A DNA stretch of 64,000 nucleotides from Octopus vulgaris (GCA_951406725.2 OX597814.1:163742001-163806000); one strand, 5' to 3'. Counted from the stretch's first letter, positions 1 to 14,035 are shown. Notes: a model not told the origin generated them from the sequence alone. Made by a program: numbers and translations.

Positions 1-1858
1 GACAGTTAACAAAATGGCGAATCAATAAGATCGAATTGAGAATACTTATAACCATTCGCAAAAATCTCTTTGTTGATTAGCGAGAGAAGCTTTATGTATT
101 TGTTCCAACTGTCAACGTAGTAGTGAAATATCCTCCCAATCTACTCTCTATTAACTATATGCGTCAATCTGAAAATATAAAATATATTACTCATGTATTA
201 CATATATGACGTACAGAGTCTTTATAGTGTGTTTGAAGTCAGTGTGTGAATGCTTTTAATACTTATCAGAAACTTGTTATATCGAATCCAATCTTTTATA
301 GACCAAAACATGTGATTGTTAGCTAACAGCAACTTTTCTATTGTCTGATTTCGGGTTTAGATTGTTTAATTTAATTACGAAAGAGCGTCGGATTTTCCAA
401 GACTAAATAGGATAGGGATTGTAGAAAACAGAACTAATTTTAGCCAATCTTCTTGAAATAAAATAACAGCGTTTTGTTATTCACCCGACCTTCACTTGGT
501 TATGAAAAAGAAAATTACGCTCATAATCGGTCACAATTCCAGTTTATACATGTTCAGAATTTCTATTCATATTCATATTATCCACAGAGATTCATGTGGC
601 TGCATTATATGCACCACAGCTTCATCTATTATAGTATCTATTTTACCTTATTCTATTTTCAGCTTTTAAGTAATTATTGATTTGCTTTTATTCTCTTTCG
701 ACTGTGATTTACTCTCCTCTCATCAAAATATGTCGTTTAATCATAATGATTGCTTGGGTAATACGGTTTACATCTTTCATTTGCAATATCTTCACATTCC
801 AGTATTAACAAAATGTCTTTTCGTCATGATGCGTTAATTATAATGTAATTAAAAGCAAGAAGCAATGTTGCCCGAGAGAAATCTAAAGATCCATCTGTCA
901 GTGATAAAACAGCTAAACATATTTAACTGAGTGTATGTTTGCTTCAACTTGTAGGTCATAGGTGGTTTGAATTTTATATAGGGACACATCTTTTCAAGGA
1001 AAAAGTCGTAGCCTATGAGATATTTTCAGGTACTTCGTACAAATCCAAAGGAGGTTGAGTGCTGATGTTAGTTATTAATAGTGTTTTCAAGGATTGTAGG
1101 ATGATAAATTTGTATATAGTGTTTGAATGCCTTCCAAAGGGTTGGGACTTTTTTGGCCATCACCTACGTTATGCTTTGTCATTGAGAAACCGGGAAACCG
1201 GGCTCATGAGCCTGGCTAGACTTGAGAAGGGCGCATAAATAACAAAAAATATATAGATATATGTGTGTATGTATATATTGTATATATTGTTATTCTGTGG
1301 GTGTATATATGTGCGTATGTATGGTATGTATATATTTATAGGTATATGTACGTGTGCGTGTGTGTGTGTGTGTGTGCGTGTGTGTGTGCATGTGTGTGTG
1401 TATATGTATACATATAAATATGTATGTGTATATGTAAATGTATAAATCTGAGTAATTCCCTCTAAATACGCATATGAACCAAAACAGAATTACAAACATG
1501 TGCGATTTAATTTAATCATTAAGCTACACATGGTTGTAAATATGGAAAAAATATGGAAAAATTACATAAAACTTCGAAGCTGAAATCAGTGAAATCGGAC
1601 CCAGGTTAGTTAAATATGACATTTTTTAGCCACAAAACTAAAAAATGTATATACTAAAACCCTTTTCTGTACAAAACCTCGTTCCCTTCCATTCTTCTCA
1701 CTTTTATTATATATGTTGATATAAATTATATATACGCCAAACTCACCTTAAGAATACGCATACCAATATAAATTTAGTTGAACTGTTTGCATTTATTCTC
1801 TGAAAAAGTATCTTTATATTTATATTTTTTATACAGATAAAAACATGAAATAAAATTA

Positions 1859-2407
<549 letters not shown>

Positions 2408-2633
2408 CTCTACAACACTGTGTATTATTTCCGTACTTGGAATGACCAAGTTTTAAAACTGCTGGATCTCACTCATAAGGTATTAGAATCTTACATATAT
2501 ACTATTCTGTCTAAAAAAATGGATATACAACTTCAATATCCCTAAATATCTTGCATATATTTTCTTTCCTCCACCCAACTCTCTATTTTGTATCATATCT
2601 AAACTAACTATGTCTTGACCATCTTCTCACACC

Positions 2634-2676
2634 GTCTCCGATGAATTAATAAATATCTCGGAAACAGCTGTAAGAC
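2634..2676 (+). ncRNA. Hammerhead-like motif, CCGAUGA core variant (stem II decayed)
   Basis: GTCT-CCGATGA...GAAAC-AGCT-GTA-AGAC; stem I GTCT/AGAC, palindromic helix III. Confidence 0.5.
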
Positions 2677-3119
2677 ATACCATCAATAAATGTTTTAATA
2701 TCTACACAGCCTTGGTTTTTTTTATATCATTTCGCAATAAATTCTTATATATATTTCGTTTTTGGAATTGGTTTGCAAGATTCTTTATATGAGTTCGTGT
2801 GTTGAAGCATATTCTGTTGTGTCTGGGGAGAGTCATTTTCTTTTTGTGCCTTATAATGTAACACACTCACCAGTAAAAATTTCCACTTATTTCTTATTTT
2901 CATTTTCCTAAAATTTTCGTTGCGTTTTGCAACCTTTTCAATAGTCTTTAAAATATATATCTTTAAAATTTATTTCTGGGAAACGTTTTGAATATGCAAA
3001 TAAAGTTACTATTCATTATGCTGGTCACAGTTTAGTGATGCTGACTGGCGAACCAGTTTTTTTTGTTTGTTTTTTTGGTGGGGGGTTGCATCAAGCTGTA
3101 CTGATATAATGTAGGATAA

Positions 3120-4090
3120 ATATACTAATAGTAACAATAATCCTTGGATGGAATTTATAAGCATTTAATGCATCGCTACACGCGTTTCCAAAATTAACAT
3201 GTCTCTTGAGATCACAGTCCATATTCCTGGGATGACTACAATGTATTCCGTAGTATCGGGGGACACGGGTTGATCATCTTCATGGATTCATTTCTTCAGG
3301 TAATATAACATTAATGGATGTACAACAGAGGGATACTTATCCTTTTTGACCAGTATGAAGGTTGAGTGAGTTATGTAGGTATTTCTGTGTGTATTTAGTG
3401 GGGAGGAGAGGTAGGTGATGGAAAGAGAGGAAGGAATGGTAGTTATATGAGGATGGAGGAGTGTGTGGTGTTGGACTTATTTTGCTATTCATTCAGCAGA
3501 TGACAAGGATGAGTAGTGCATTCTTTTGTTAGATCTCATTTAAGGCATGACTATCTTCAATAAATTCTGAAGTCAACAGGTCATACAGTACTGTCACTAA
3601 AGTTGTAGTTGTAATATTTGACATGTATATAGAATGTCCGTTCATCGATAGATAGCCTGGATATTCTATTACCCACGCTTCATGGGATGCTTCGCAGTAT
3701 ATATTCCGGGTGGTTAGATCCTCGATTCGCATATTTTAAGTTCTCATTCGGCTTATGGAACGGTTCGAACTTACCAACAATGAGGCTATGTTTTACGTTT
3801 AGGAATTTTATCACTTCCAATCCAAAGTTCTTAAATAATTTTAAAAAGTTTTTTCTTGCATCTTTCTATTTCTACGTTGCTACTTTTTTGTATACTGAAC
3901 AATGCGTCGTCCCTGTATAATCCTTCCCCTATGCTCAGTAACCAATAATCTATTTGCGATAATAAGTACACACCTACCATATCCGTAACTTGCGCGGAGT
4001 CATTTAGACCCTATTGTTATGTCGGATGAATCAATCCTGTCTGATCTAGTCCGGAGCTTACCTCCGTATTCTATCACAGGAAAATACTAA
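3120..4090 (-). mobile_element. Decayed Penelope-like retroelement (RT/thumb remnant plus 3' hammerhead-bearing terminal repeat)
   Basis: Minus-strand translation with frameshifts and stops: DITIGS/DSAQVTDMVGVYLLS...GLYRDDAL...ERCKKKLFK/NFGL...PFHKPNENLKYANRGSNHPEYILRSIP*SVGNRISRLS; hammerhead motif at 3171-3305. Confidence 0.82.
3171..3305 (-). ncRNA. Type I hammerhead motif with long stem II insert (decayed)
   Basis: CTGAAGA (3293-3299 reverse complement) ... GAAAC-GCGT-GTA; homologous to 31743-31864. Confidence 0.55.
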
Positions 4091-5318
4091 GAATAAAAGA
4101 TATATGGCGGGCACAGTGTATTGCAGTGAAAAGCATTAATTCTCGCAGACACTGCCATAGCATGTATAATCACTTTCAAGCAAATAGGCATATCTACAAT
4201 GACTCCAAAAAACTACTATAACAACTGTTCTAAAACTTTTATCCTTTCTACTCAATCAAAACAAATTCAACCCACTCTTAACATAAAAACATATGTAGCA
4301 TCAAAGACTCCTTGATTCTAAACTTTGCGCTGGGATGCACAACGTCAATCGTAAGTGCCGGGAAACGGCAAAAAAAGCAATACAGCAACTATCACCCTTT
4401 ATGAGATTCCATCTTGCGCATCTCAGTTATTGCCATAATCAGAATCTGCAAGAGTGCATGGCCCACAACTAAGCAGTCTTGGTATATCTGAAACAGTAGA
4501 TCTATGGAAAACACCTTAACATTGCTTGACTACGTACGTGCAATAGATTAACTCGATTACAGTCGAGTCTGAGATACACAACAATAGGAGAGAGACTAAA
4601 GCACCAACACCTCAACGTATCACTTTACTTAACCCTTCACTCCCACTCATGAAATTGGAAATAGAAAAAAATAAAAAGCAAAAATAATTACAAAATGATA
4701 CCTAGCAAAGTATTGCAACAAGATAAAGGCCATTTGAGCTGCCAGAAGTTATAAAATCACATTCACTTGTAGATTTGACAAAGATAAACAATGAACGCTT
4801 GCCAGTTTCGTCATTTGAATCATCCGCGCGCGCGCGCGCACACACACACACATACACACTAAAAAACTACGGCCGTCCCTTGAGATCGGATCGCCAGGCG
4901 TTCATGTAGTCACGAGCACATATAAATAACTTCTCAATCTTCTCACACTTGACCCCGTGGGATATCAAAGACGTAAGAGATGGAGAGAGAAAAGGTGGAG
5001 TTCTGCAACAGTACTGGGGTGGCATAGATCCCGAAAAGACGATAGTCTTTTGGTTATTGTTGCGATATTCATAAAAGTTTCATACTATATGAACTCAAGT
5101 GAATTCCGAATTTCCTATTGCGAAGCGAAGTGAAAATCAAGCTCCAGCAGTGATGGACAACAGCAACAAATTTTTTCCCTTTCAAACAACATCCTGTTAC
5201 AAAGACGAAAGAACTTTCGTGGGCTTTAGATATATTTATGTTTGAAAATAGGAAGGAACGATAATGAATGCAATGCTTTTTCTTATAGATCGGCTTATCT
5301 GGTGCAAAAATACCAGTA

Positions 5319-5537
5319 CGGTAATCCCCCGACTATCGCGTGTGTTACGTTCCAAAACCCCCTGCGATAAGTGAAAATCCGCGAAGTAGAAACAGTACTG
5401 TATATATTCTTTTTGTCATTTTTATAATTTGTATTTATTTATTTTATTATAAATGCAAGACAACACCACGGAGGAATCAACGTAAGCTTAAATAATAAAC
5501 CGCGATAGGTGAAGTGCGATATGGCGATGGATTACTG
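5319..5537. mobile_element. Tc1/mariner-superfamily (pogo/Tigger-like) MITE
   Basis: Imperfect TIRs CGGTAATCCCCCGACTATCGCG / GCGATATGGCGATGGATTACTG, TA on both flanks. Confidence 0.7.
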
Positions 5538-6651
5538 TATAGAAAATTTATTCCTAGCACTTCCGTACTCCTATTAGATCCCAGAAATTAAGAATTAAAA
5601 TTTTTGGTCCATAGTCATTTGTAGACTTGCAAAAGGGAAATACTGAATTTGCAATTTTAGAAAATAGAGCAACTTATCAAAAAATGTCCCCACCTCTACT
5701 GTAATCGAATTCTATGGATTTGCTTAACATGTTCCGCGAGGTAAGAAGTATTTTAGAAAGATGAGGGGATTAATTCATTAACAATCATAGAAGCCAATTG
5801 TAAAATAGTTAATTGGGTTATTATTATCGATTAACAGTTTCACCTGAATATCCTTCGTAATCTCTTTTATACTTGTATACTTGTATCTTTTGTAGTAGCT
5901 ATCGTGACGTAAAATGTAAACTTGCACCGAACTCTGACTTCGACACAATTTTGACTCTTGATTTAAGCCATTTCAATTAATTCATTTACACTACTATTAG
6001 CTTCTGTTTCCGATTGCTAGCTGAACGTATGCCACTTTATCTCTACTGCTACATTCCTTGAAGTTGACAATTATATTTCTTCGTTGTAATTTTGTGTGAT
6101 TGTTGCCGAACTAAGAAGCGATATTTCTTACTCTAATGTACAGAGGAGAACAAAGAAAACCGAATAGCGATACGAGAGAGTCCCAGATAACTAAGTCAGC
6201 GGACGACTAAGACTAGAATCACTTGGATGACCGATACAAGAAACACCTGGATAACTGAAACATCAGATGTATATAGTTTGACGGCATTTCGCTTCGATAG
6301 CAGTGTCGTAGCGGGGGAAGGTGAAGGAGCGGTACGCTTCAGGCTACGCATTTATGGGCGCGGCACTTTTGGGCTACTTGAATAAACTTGTATAAGAGGT
6401 AAGGATGCAGGAGAGAGGCGGAATACTCATGGGCTGCTCGGGTGGTACATACTCAAGCTACGCTACTTATCGACATCTTAACTCTTCGGATTTAGTACTT
6501 TCATCCCTTTCCAAGAAACATGCGTCACACAAAGGAAGAGAGGGGATCACTAGCTGTCCGCTTACTTGATTTCTCGAGTACTTATATCTGCCTCTGTTCT
6601 AGTGCTCTCACTTAAATAATTCCCTATTCAGATACACATTTATATTATATA

Positions 6652-7029
6652 CACTTGCGTCAGAAATTAATTAGCACTTCTCAAATTTCTACATTAAATA
6701 GGTTAAATTAATTAACCTATGAGCTGTTCAAAACGTCTTACGCGATGAGAAAACTTAGTATGGTGATTTCGGTCCTTGTGAGGCGCTACCTATATCTATT
6801 AAACAAAGGAAGATTTGTCTGCATCCGCACTCCAAGTTGTTGTTGCACTGCTATGTCAACATCATAAGGCTGTAGACTCTCAAACTGCTCTGCAAACAAA
6901 GTTACGTCATCGTTCTGCGCAACAGTGAACTCGCAACAAAGCAATAGTTCGAGATATAGCCACTAGGTGACAGCACATACCTTGAGTGAAGAGCAAATCA
7001 AGGGTGCTAATTAATTTCTGACGGTAGTG
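6652..7029. mobile_element. Tc1-type MITE
   Basis: TIRs of about 26 bp, CACTTGCGTCAGAAATTAATTAGCAC / GTGCTAATTAATTTCTGACGGTAGTG, TA on both flanks. Confidence 0.8.
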
Positions 7030-7899
7030 TACAACTGAAATTTATAGCGCTTGTCTTTTGTTCGATGGTGGAATGAATTAGTTTTATTCAGAAATCGAAA
7101 CTCGCAGACTGTTGCTTGATTTCATTTTCATATATAAAAGTATTAAAAATAAAATAAAAGAATGGTTCCTAACATTGGATCGAAACCTCAAATTTAGAGA
7201 AGTGGAAGTGGAGTATGGTTAATTTAATCGGTCCTAGGACTTGATTAGTACTTGTTTTAACAATTGTGGAAAGGTGAAAACCCAAGTCAGATTCGATGGA
7301 GTTTGAACTCAGAATGAATTGAAATGCGAATGGGTGTGAATGTGAGTTGAGATGATGAAATATCTGATTTTCGAAAAGATATAAATAAATGAAAAGACAG
7401 AAAAAGAAAACGACGAAAAATCTAAAATAAATGTATAATTAAAAAAAAAAAAAAAACGCATAATAGATTTATAGCTGTCCGGCAATAAAGTATCTTCTCT
7501 CAAGGTCGTTCTTTTGCGACACGAGGATTTGATACTTTTACAAGTGATAAGATGATAAGCTGCTCAATGAAATAAGGCCATCTGTTTGATCTAACGCAAT
7601 CGTTTACCAGTATTACGTCTTACTCGAATATTCTCTTCTTTACCACTTCCTCTGTTATAAATTTATTTATTTATTTATTTATTTATTTTGCAGCCAGTTT
7701 CGTTTACAGATATTTCTTCCGTCTCATATTAACACTATGACGGTAAAGCTCTCGTTTGCCAACAGCAAGTGTCGAAATTGTTGTGCTCTTTAGAAGTGAT
7801 ATGCTGTTTGATTATTGCATGGGCAATAATCAAACAGATGTCTAAAACTTGAGATGAAACAGAGATCCGAAAGGAGTTGAAATAAATTTCCGACAATTG

Positions 7900-7937
<38 letters not shown>

Positions 7938-8019
7938 GTGTGTGTGTGTGTGCGTGTGTGTGTGTGTGAGTATCTCTATCTCATCTCTATATATACACAT
8001 ACACATACATACATACATA

Positions 8020-8056
<37 letters not shown>

Positions 8057-8098
8057 TCTTATATGTTTCAGTTTAATGACTGTGGCCATGCTGGAGCA

Positions 8099-8157
<59 letters not shown>

Positions 8158-8272
8158 AACAAACTGAGGAAAAGAAATCCTTCGAAGAGGTGTGTTAAAC
8201 ATCCATTTCACTGGTACGTCAGTTGAATACCATATAAATATTGGTATAATGCAATTATAAAGATAAATCAAA

Positions 8273-9462
8273 TAGAGAGATACTATTGACAATCCAATAC
8301 TCTAATTTATATTACAATATTACATGATATACTATGAATATAATATAACATAGCATAATATTATATAACATAAACAATTATTAAAAAAGACATAAAAGGC
8401 CAACAAATTGTTTCGGCTTATATATATTTTTTCTGATATACATGCATAATAACAGTTCCCTTATATATAAAGTCACTTCAGAGTCATGATTTTAAGATAG
8501 ATGAAATTTCGTGTGAAGGGACGGCTGAATTGTAAAAATTAATTCAAATGTCTATGTATTATGATTGTGAGCGTTAACTATTCAATCATTACAGCAATTG
8601 CAATTAAAAAACAGCAAAATCACTTTAACGGACGATACAACCAAGTGAGTGGAATCCAAAATCCATTGAAATTCACTTAATTACAACTCAAACACATACC
8701 AATTGAAACCCTTTCATGTCAAAGATACTCCCTTGTCACCACAACATACAAGATATGTGTGTATATAAATGTATATAATTAAGTATCTGTCATCCCCTAT
8801 GTATAACTGCAACAAAAAATATATAAACAATTACATCTTCAATACTACAACTCTTTTATTTATTTAAATTAACTGATATAAAAAAATATTAACTAAATTC
8901 AGTAATAATCATCTTCCATATTCATTATTTTCTCGAAGGGATAATTCTGTAATAGATATGAATAGAAATCTAATAAAAAGTTTACTTAATTTATCGTAGG
9001 AAGAATTCCGTAATAAGTTTTAATATATAAGGGTTTCCGTTGGTATGTTTGAGATGTAATGAAGTGAATTCCGATGGTTTTGGATTCCACTTACTTGGTT
9101 GTATCGTCCGTTAAAGTGTTTTTATTGTATTTTTAAACTGTAAATGATGTGTGATTGAAGAGTTAACGCTCACGTTCATAATACATAGAAATTTGAATTA
9201 ATTTTTACAATCCAGCCGCCCTTTCACACATAATATTGTCTATCTTGAAACCATGACCCTGAAGTGACTTTATATATAGGGGAACTGTTATTATGTATGT
9301 ATATCAGAAAAAATGTATGTCAGTCGAAAAAATTTGTTGGCCTTTTATGCTTTTTTAAACTAATCGTTAATTTTATATAATGTTATGTTATATTATATTC
9401 ATAGTATATCATATAATACTGTAAGATAAATAAATTATTATATTGTCAATAGTATCTCTCTA
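8273..9462. repeat. Imperfect inverted repeat with arms of about 440 bp (8273-8713 and 9029-9462), probably inverted Penelope-like terminal repeats
   Basis: Arms align along their length (e.g. CACTTTAACGGACGATACAACCAAGT / ACTTGGTTGTATCGTCCGTTAAAGTG); each arm carries a hammerhead-like motif. Confidence 0.8.
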
Positions 9463-9464
9463 GT

Positions 9465-9465
<1 letters not shown>

Positions 9466-9551
<86 letters not shown>

Positions 9552-9563
9552 GCTATCTATCTA

Positions 9564-9600
<37 letters not shown>

Positions 9601-9632
9601 TTATCTCTCTCTCTCTCTCTCTCTATCTATCT
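9466..9632. repeat. (ATCT)n/(GTCT)n/(CT)n compound microsatellite
   Basis: Direct inspection. Confidence 0.95.
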
Positions 9633-9748
9633 ACTGTAATTCGGTGATTCGGTAATTCGCGTAAATGGACATCTATCGAGACCTTTCGACATTGCACGTT
9701 CGCTTCTCTACGTATTGACTCTCGAGCCATTATTGTGGAAGCTGGCAA

Positions 9749-9780
<32 letters not shown>

Positions 9781-9797
9781 GCACATAAGTACATATA

Positions 9798-10632
9798 CCG
9801 AATGCAATGGGTAAATTGTCGCCATTTTATATTTTCAGTTTTGTGCATGTGTATTGTTTGTTTTTGATTTTGTCGACTACGCAGTGTAGTAGAGTCAGTT
9901 GGGCACCTTCTGTGAGAAAATCTGGACCATGACGCAATTCACTCAGCCAGAAATTTGGAAACAACATGCTCTACTGGTTAACATTGGCTGCAATACGAGG
10001 CTTCAATACGAACAATTCAGTGATAGTGCGTCAATCTGAGGACAGTACAATCTGAGAACATGTACCGAGAGTGATAAAAATCAACGTTATGCCTCCATTC
10101 AACTTTCCACACGCCCTCAGACTCAACACGAAGGCCTACGTCAAATTCCTGGAGGAGTTAGTGCTGCCCTGGGTCAAGAGGGTGGCTGTTTGAAGACCCT
10201 ATGTCTGGCAACAAGACTCTGCACCATACCACACAAGCGGGAGAACCTAGTCATGGCTGTCAGAAAATTTCTGCGACCACATCACCCCTATAATCTGGCC
10301 ACCTAACTCCCCAGATTGCAATCCCATTGATTATTATGAGTGGGCGCAGTTGAACGGGAGACCAACGGGAGACCTTGTAACACCAAAGATAAAATGAGGC
10401 AACGATTATGGCAGCATTCACCAACTGAAACAAGCAGATCGACCAGAAGAGTTGCAGGAGATTCCGAAGTCGTCTGGAGGCCATGGTTGAAGCCAATAGC
10501 GATTTTATTGAATAAAATTACTCTTTAATATATCAAGATATTTTAATGCAATTTTGGTAAATATATCAGTTTAAAATGAGATGTCAGTATTATTTTCATT
10601 TCTGCGTCATTTAAACGACAGTTTATTCAACG
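9798..10632 (+). mobile_element. Decayed, internally deleted Tc1/mariner transposon
   Basis: Translation YVWQQDSAPYHTS...WLSENF...IWPPNSPDCNPIDYY, with stops and frameshifts. Confidence 0.8.
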
Positions 10633-10758
10633 CGCGCGCACGCGCACACACGAACTCATTCACACATACATACATTATATGTATGACCTCTTTGTAAGAA
10701 AACTAACCCTTCAAAACTACTTTTGTTAATATTTCCTTTTTAATATGCGCCTCATTTC

Positions 10759-10920
10759 AAGGCGGTAAGCTGAGCAAAATACTTGGTGGTATATTTTTCC
10801 GTCTTTACGTTCTGAGTTCAGATTCTGCCCAGGTCGACTTTGCCTTTCGTACTTTCGGGATCGATAAATTAAATACCATTTGAGCATTAGGGTCGATATA
10901 ATCGACTTACCCCACTTCCA
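10759..10920 (+). mobile_element. tRNA-derived SINE family A, diverged copy
   Basis: Matches 18854-19086 (gttctgagttca...ggtcgactttgcctttc...). Confidence 0.75.
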
Positions 10921-11189
10921 TAAAACCTATCTATCTATCTATAGATAAGGTAGTCTCTAAAGGGTAAATCCCCCCTTCGGTCATGAATGACCGTGGCATT
11001 GCACTTAAGAAGTTCCCCTCCGAGGCACAGATCCAGGTAAGATTGTTTATAAAAGATTAGCAATTGCCCATGCATACCCTCTTTACGCCACCGATGTTAT
11101 CCTAGGGAAAGGTAAAGGTCGATACAGCTTGGCACCGCTGATATCGCAACTAATTTCTATAGATAAGTGAACTGGTGCAACGGGATGTC

Positions 11190-12000
11190 TATGTGCTTAG
11201 CAACAGCACCAAATGGTGAAGCAATATTCACCTATTGCCCTCACTTGTGTCAGTAGCTGTTGGAGACTGAAATATTTTCTGGTTTTAAAAAGAAGAACCA
11301 ATCTGCAGGATGCGGTCCTAGCTATGCTAAGTATATTCCTTCATTGGGAAAGATCTTCTGTGACAAACCGATCATTTCGAGCGACTGTGAGGGATCTAGC
11401 AGAGTACCGCTAAAGTTTAGTGGGAGTGTGTTACAGTGGTGATTTTTTTTTTATATATGAGTAGTATTAGATTTTTTTTGTTTTTAAAAGTGATGTGGTT
11501 GACAATACTCCATTGAAGGATACTCTGAAGGTTTCCATTTATGGAATCAATGCAGGTTTGGGGTTTTAGAGTCTATGATGCAGGTGGGTGATGCATGGTT
11601 AGCAAAAGTTGCAGAGAAATGAAAAGTTGTGTCACCTGCGTAAGAGTGGATGTGGCGGCAAACAGATCATTGGTGTATAGAAGGAAAAGACATGGGGACA
11701 AAACCGAACCTTGGAGAACATTAGAGTTAATCAAGAGTAAGAAGAGCTCTGTTAATGGATGCCGCCGTGGTGCGATCTGATAGAATGTTGTACATCTAAG
11801 GAATGAGAGATGGGTGGAACCTAAAGAAGAGGAGTTTTGATAAAAAAAAAACTTTACCTACCAGATATAAACGAAGGCTTTGCAACAATATTGATTTCAC
11901 TGAACTATTCCAAAGTGAGGTCTCAATGGCGAATGGCAAGAAAATAGATTTCCTTTGAAGTTGGACTTCGGAAGCCGCACTTATGGTCACTAAGGAAGAC

Positions 12001-12053
<53 letters not shown>

Positions 12054-12107
12054 GACAGACAGACTGACTGACTGAGAGAGAGAGAGAGAGAAACAGACAG
12101 ACAGACT

Positions 12108-12139
<32 letters not shown>

Positions 12140-12700
12140 GCCAGACAGACAGATTGAAAGAGAGAGAGATTCAGTGTTGAGAACTTCGTTATAAGTTATC
12201 CTCATTATCTTAGAGATGATAGATGCGTGGGTAACTGAATGGTAGTTGACTGGGTCAAAAGTGGGTTTGCCTTCCTCTCGAATGGGATACAAAAGCCAGG
12301 ATATATCCCAGTGGAATGTGAGAGAATGAGAGACTAGAGGGTGAATGATTAAAGACAGATGGTTTAAAGAGTGAAGTATTAAAAAGTTCGGTAAGTAAAG
12401 AAGCAAGTTCTAGGCTCAATGTTTGAATATAATGGAAGTGACATGGTCTGATTGGTTTGAAGTTACCTGAATTATTTCCGCACCTGGCATGTGTGTATGC
12501 CAAGGGGGAAGATTTGGTGAAGTTTACTCAAGCGTACCTAGTTTGGAGCTGGATATAAAGCGAACAGCCATCAATGTTCAGAGCAAAGGAAAAAGGGATG
12601 CTTTACAGTTTATGAAAATTCTTTTGAGAAGGTACCAGAAAGAACGGAAGCAATAAGGAGGCGGGAATGTCTGAAAGTCATGTGGTATACGAAGACATCA
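11190..12700 (-). mobile_element. Decayed non-LTR retrotransposon (CR1/L2-group) RT fragment interrupted by (AG)n
   Basis: Minus-strand remnants QGSVLSPCLFLLYTND and DPVNYHSVTHASIISKIM. Confidence 0.7.
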
Positions 12701-12930
12701 CATGACCCGACCCTCAAACATTTGTAGACTGGGTTGTGATATTACAACAGTTGCGCTGTTGGGTGGATGCTGCCGAGGTTTTAGGAGCGAGAGATATTCT
12801 CTAGGTATTCTAGGTTTAGTATATATATATATATATAAAATATTATTAGAGACAAAACCACTATTTTGCAAAACAAACAAGGAAAGACTTAATCAATACA
12901 TAAAATTTTAATAAATAGTCAAAAAAACCG

Positions 12931-12973
12931 CCACTACAATTGTTTCTTGTCTTGATCGACAATCTTCAGGTGG
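12931..12973 (-). ncRNA. Intact minimal type I hammerhead ribozyme
   Basis: Minus strand: CCAC-CTGAAGA-TTGTC gatcaa GACAA-GAAAC-AATT-GTA-GTGG; perfect stems I and II, palindromic helix III ACAATTGT, GUA cleavage triplet. Confidence 0.82.
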
Positions 12974-13023
12974 ACTTCCAATAAGTCAGTTTCAATGAGG
13001 GTAAAATTAATTAATTATTAATC

Positions 13024-13068
<45 letters not shown>

Positions 13069-13086
13069 TACATACGTACACACACA

Positions 13087-13133
<47 letters not shown>

Positions 13134-13774
13134 ATACAAACACACATACATACACACATTCATACACACACACACACACATATATTGGCTGAATAGCTTG
13201 CAGCACAGTGATGAATAAACCAATAGGCCATTGAGTTTTCTACTGAGTGTGATGTGGGGAGACATGCCTAAAAACATGGTTTCAGTTACCCGTTTATCTA
13301 TTTCTAACGGATCAGAAGTGAAACACGTGTGCTGCCAGGGATAATTTACTGGGTAATGATCTTACATAATTTATTAGATATCAAAGTCTTTGATCGTACA
13401 TGGTCACTGATACTCTGATCGTAATAACACATATATCTCAGTTACGCACTGAAGTTACCTTTAGAGCGAACTTTTGCAGGCCTAACACGCCTCTTAGTTT
13501 AACAGTCTTTTACAGAATTTACGCGGCTCCCTTTTTCCTCAATGTCCACTTTTCTTTACTTTTTCTTTTCAATACCCAGTTGCTGATGGAGACCAGTCAC
13601 ACAAATCTTAGCAGCCTGGTAAAGTTAGCAAAGCCAACGAGCACTGCTGTTTCTTCGTTGAATAACTTTAGTGAATAAACATAAATGAATCTCAATAAAA
13701 GCAGAACAACGATTATACAGTTTAAGAGTTAATGTATTAGAAATTCAAGAAAAAAGTTTAGTAAAAGAAATATT

Positions 13775-13974
13775 GATTTCAAATGTCAGAACAAGGACAA
13801 CAGTTTTATGGAAGTGGGGTAAGTCGATTATATCGACCATAATGGTATTTAATTTATCGATCCCGAAAGAACGAAAGGCAAAGTCGACCTGGGCAGAATC
13901 TGAACACAGAACGTAAAGACATACCACAAAGTATTTTGCTCAGTGTGCTAACGATACCACCAGCTTACCACCTT
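13775..13974 (-). mobile_element. tRNA-derived SINE family A, diverged copy
   Basis: Reverse-complement similarity to 18854-19086. Confidence 0.7.
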
Positions 13975-14035
13975 GAAATGAAGCGCATATTAAAAAGGAA
14001 ATATTAACAAAAGTATTTTTTGAAGGGTTCTCTTT

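Noticed and set aside
6301-6466. Possible hAT-type MITE (CAGTGTCGTAGC / GCTACGCTACT)
   Set aside because: TIR short and imperfect, no clear 8-bp TSD.
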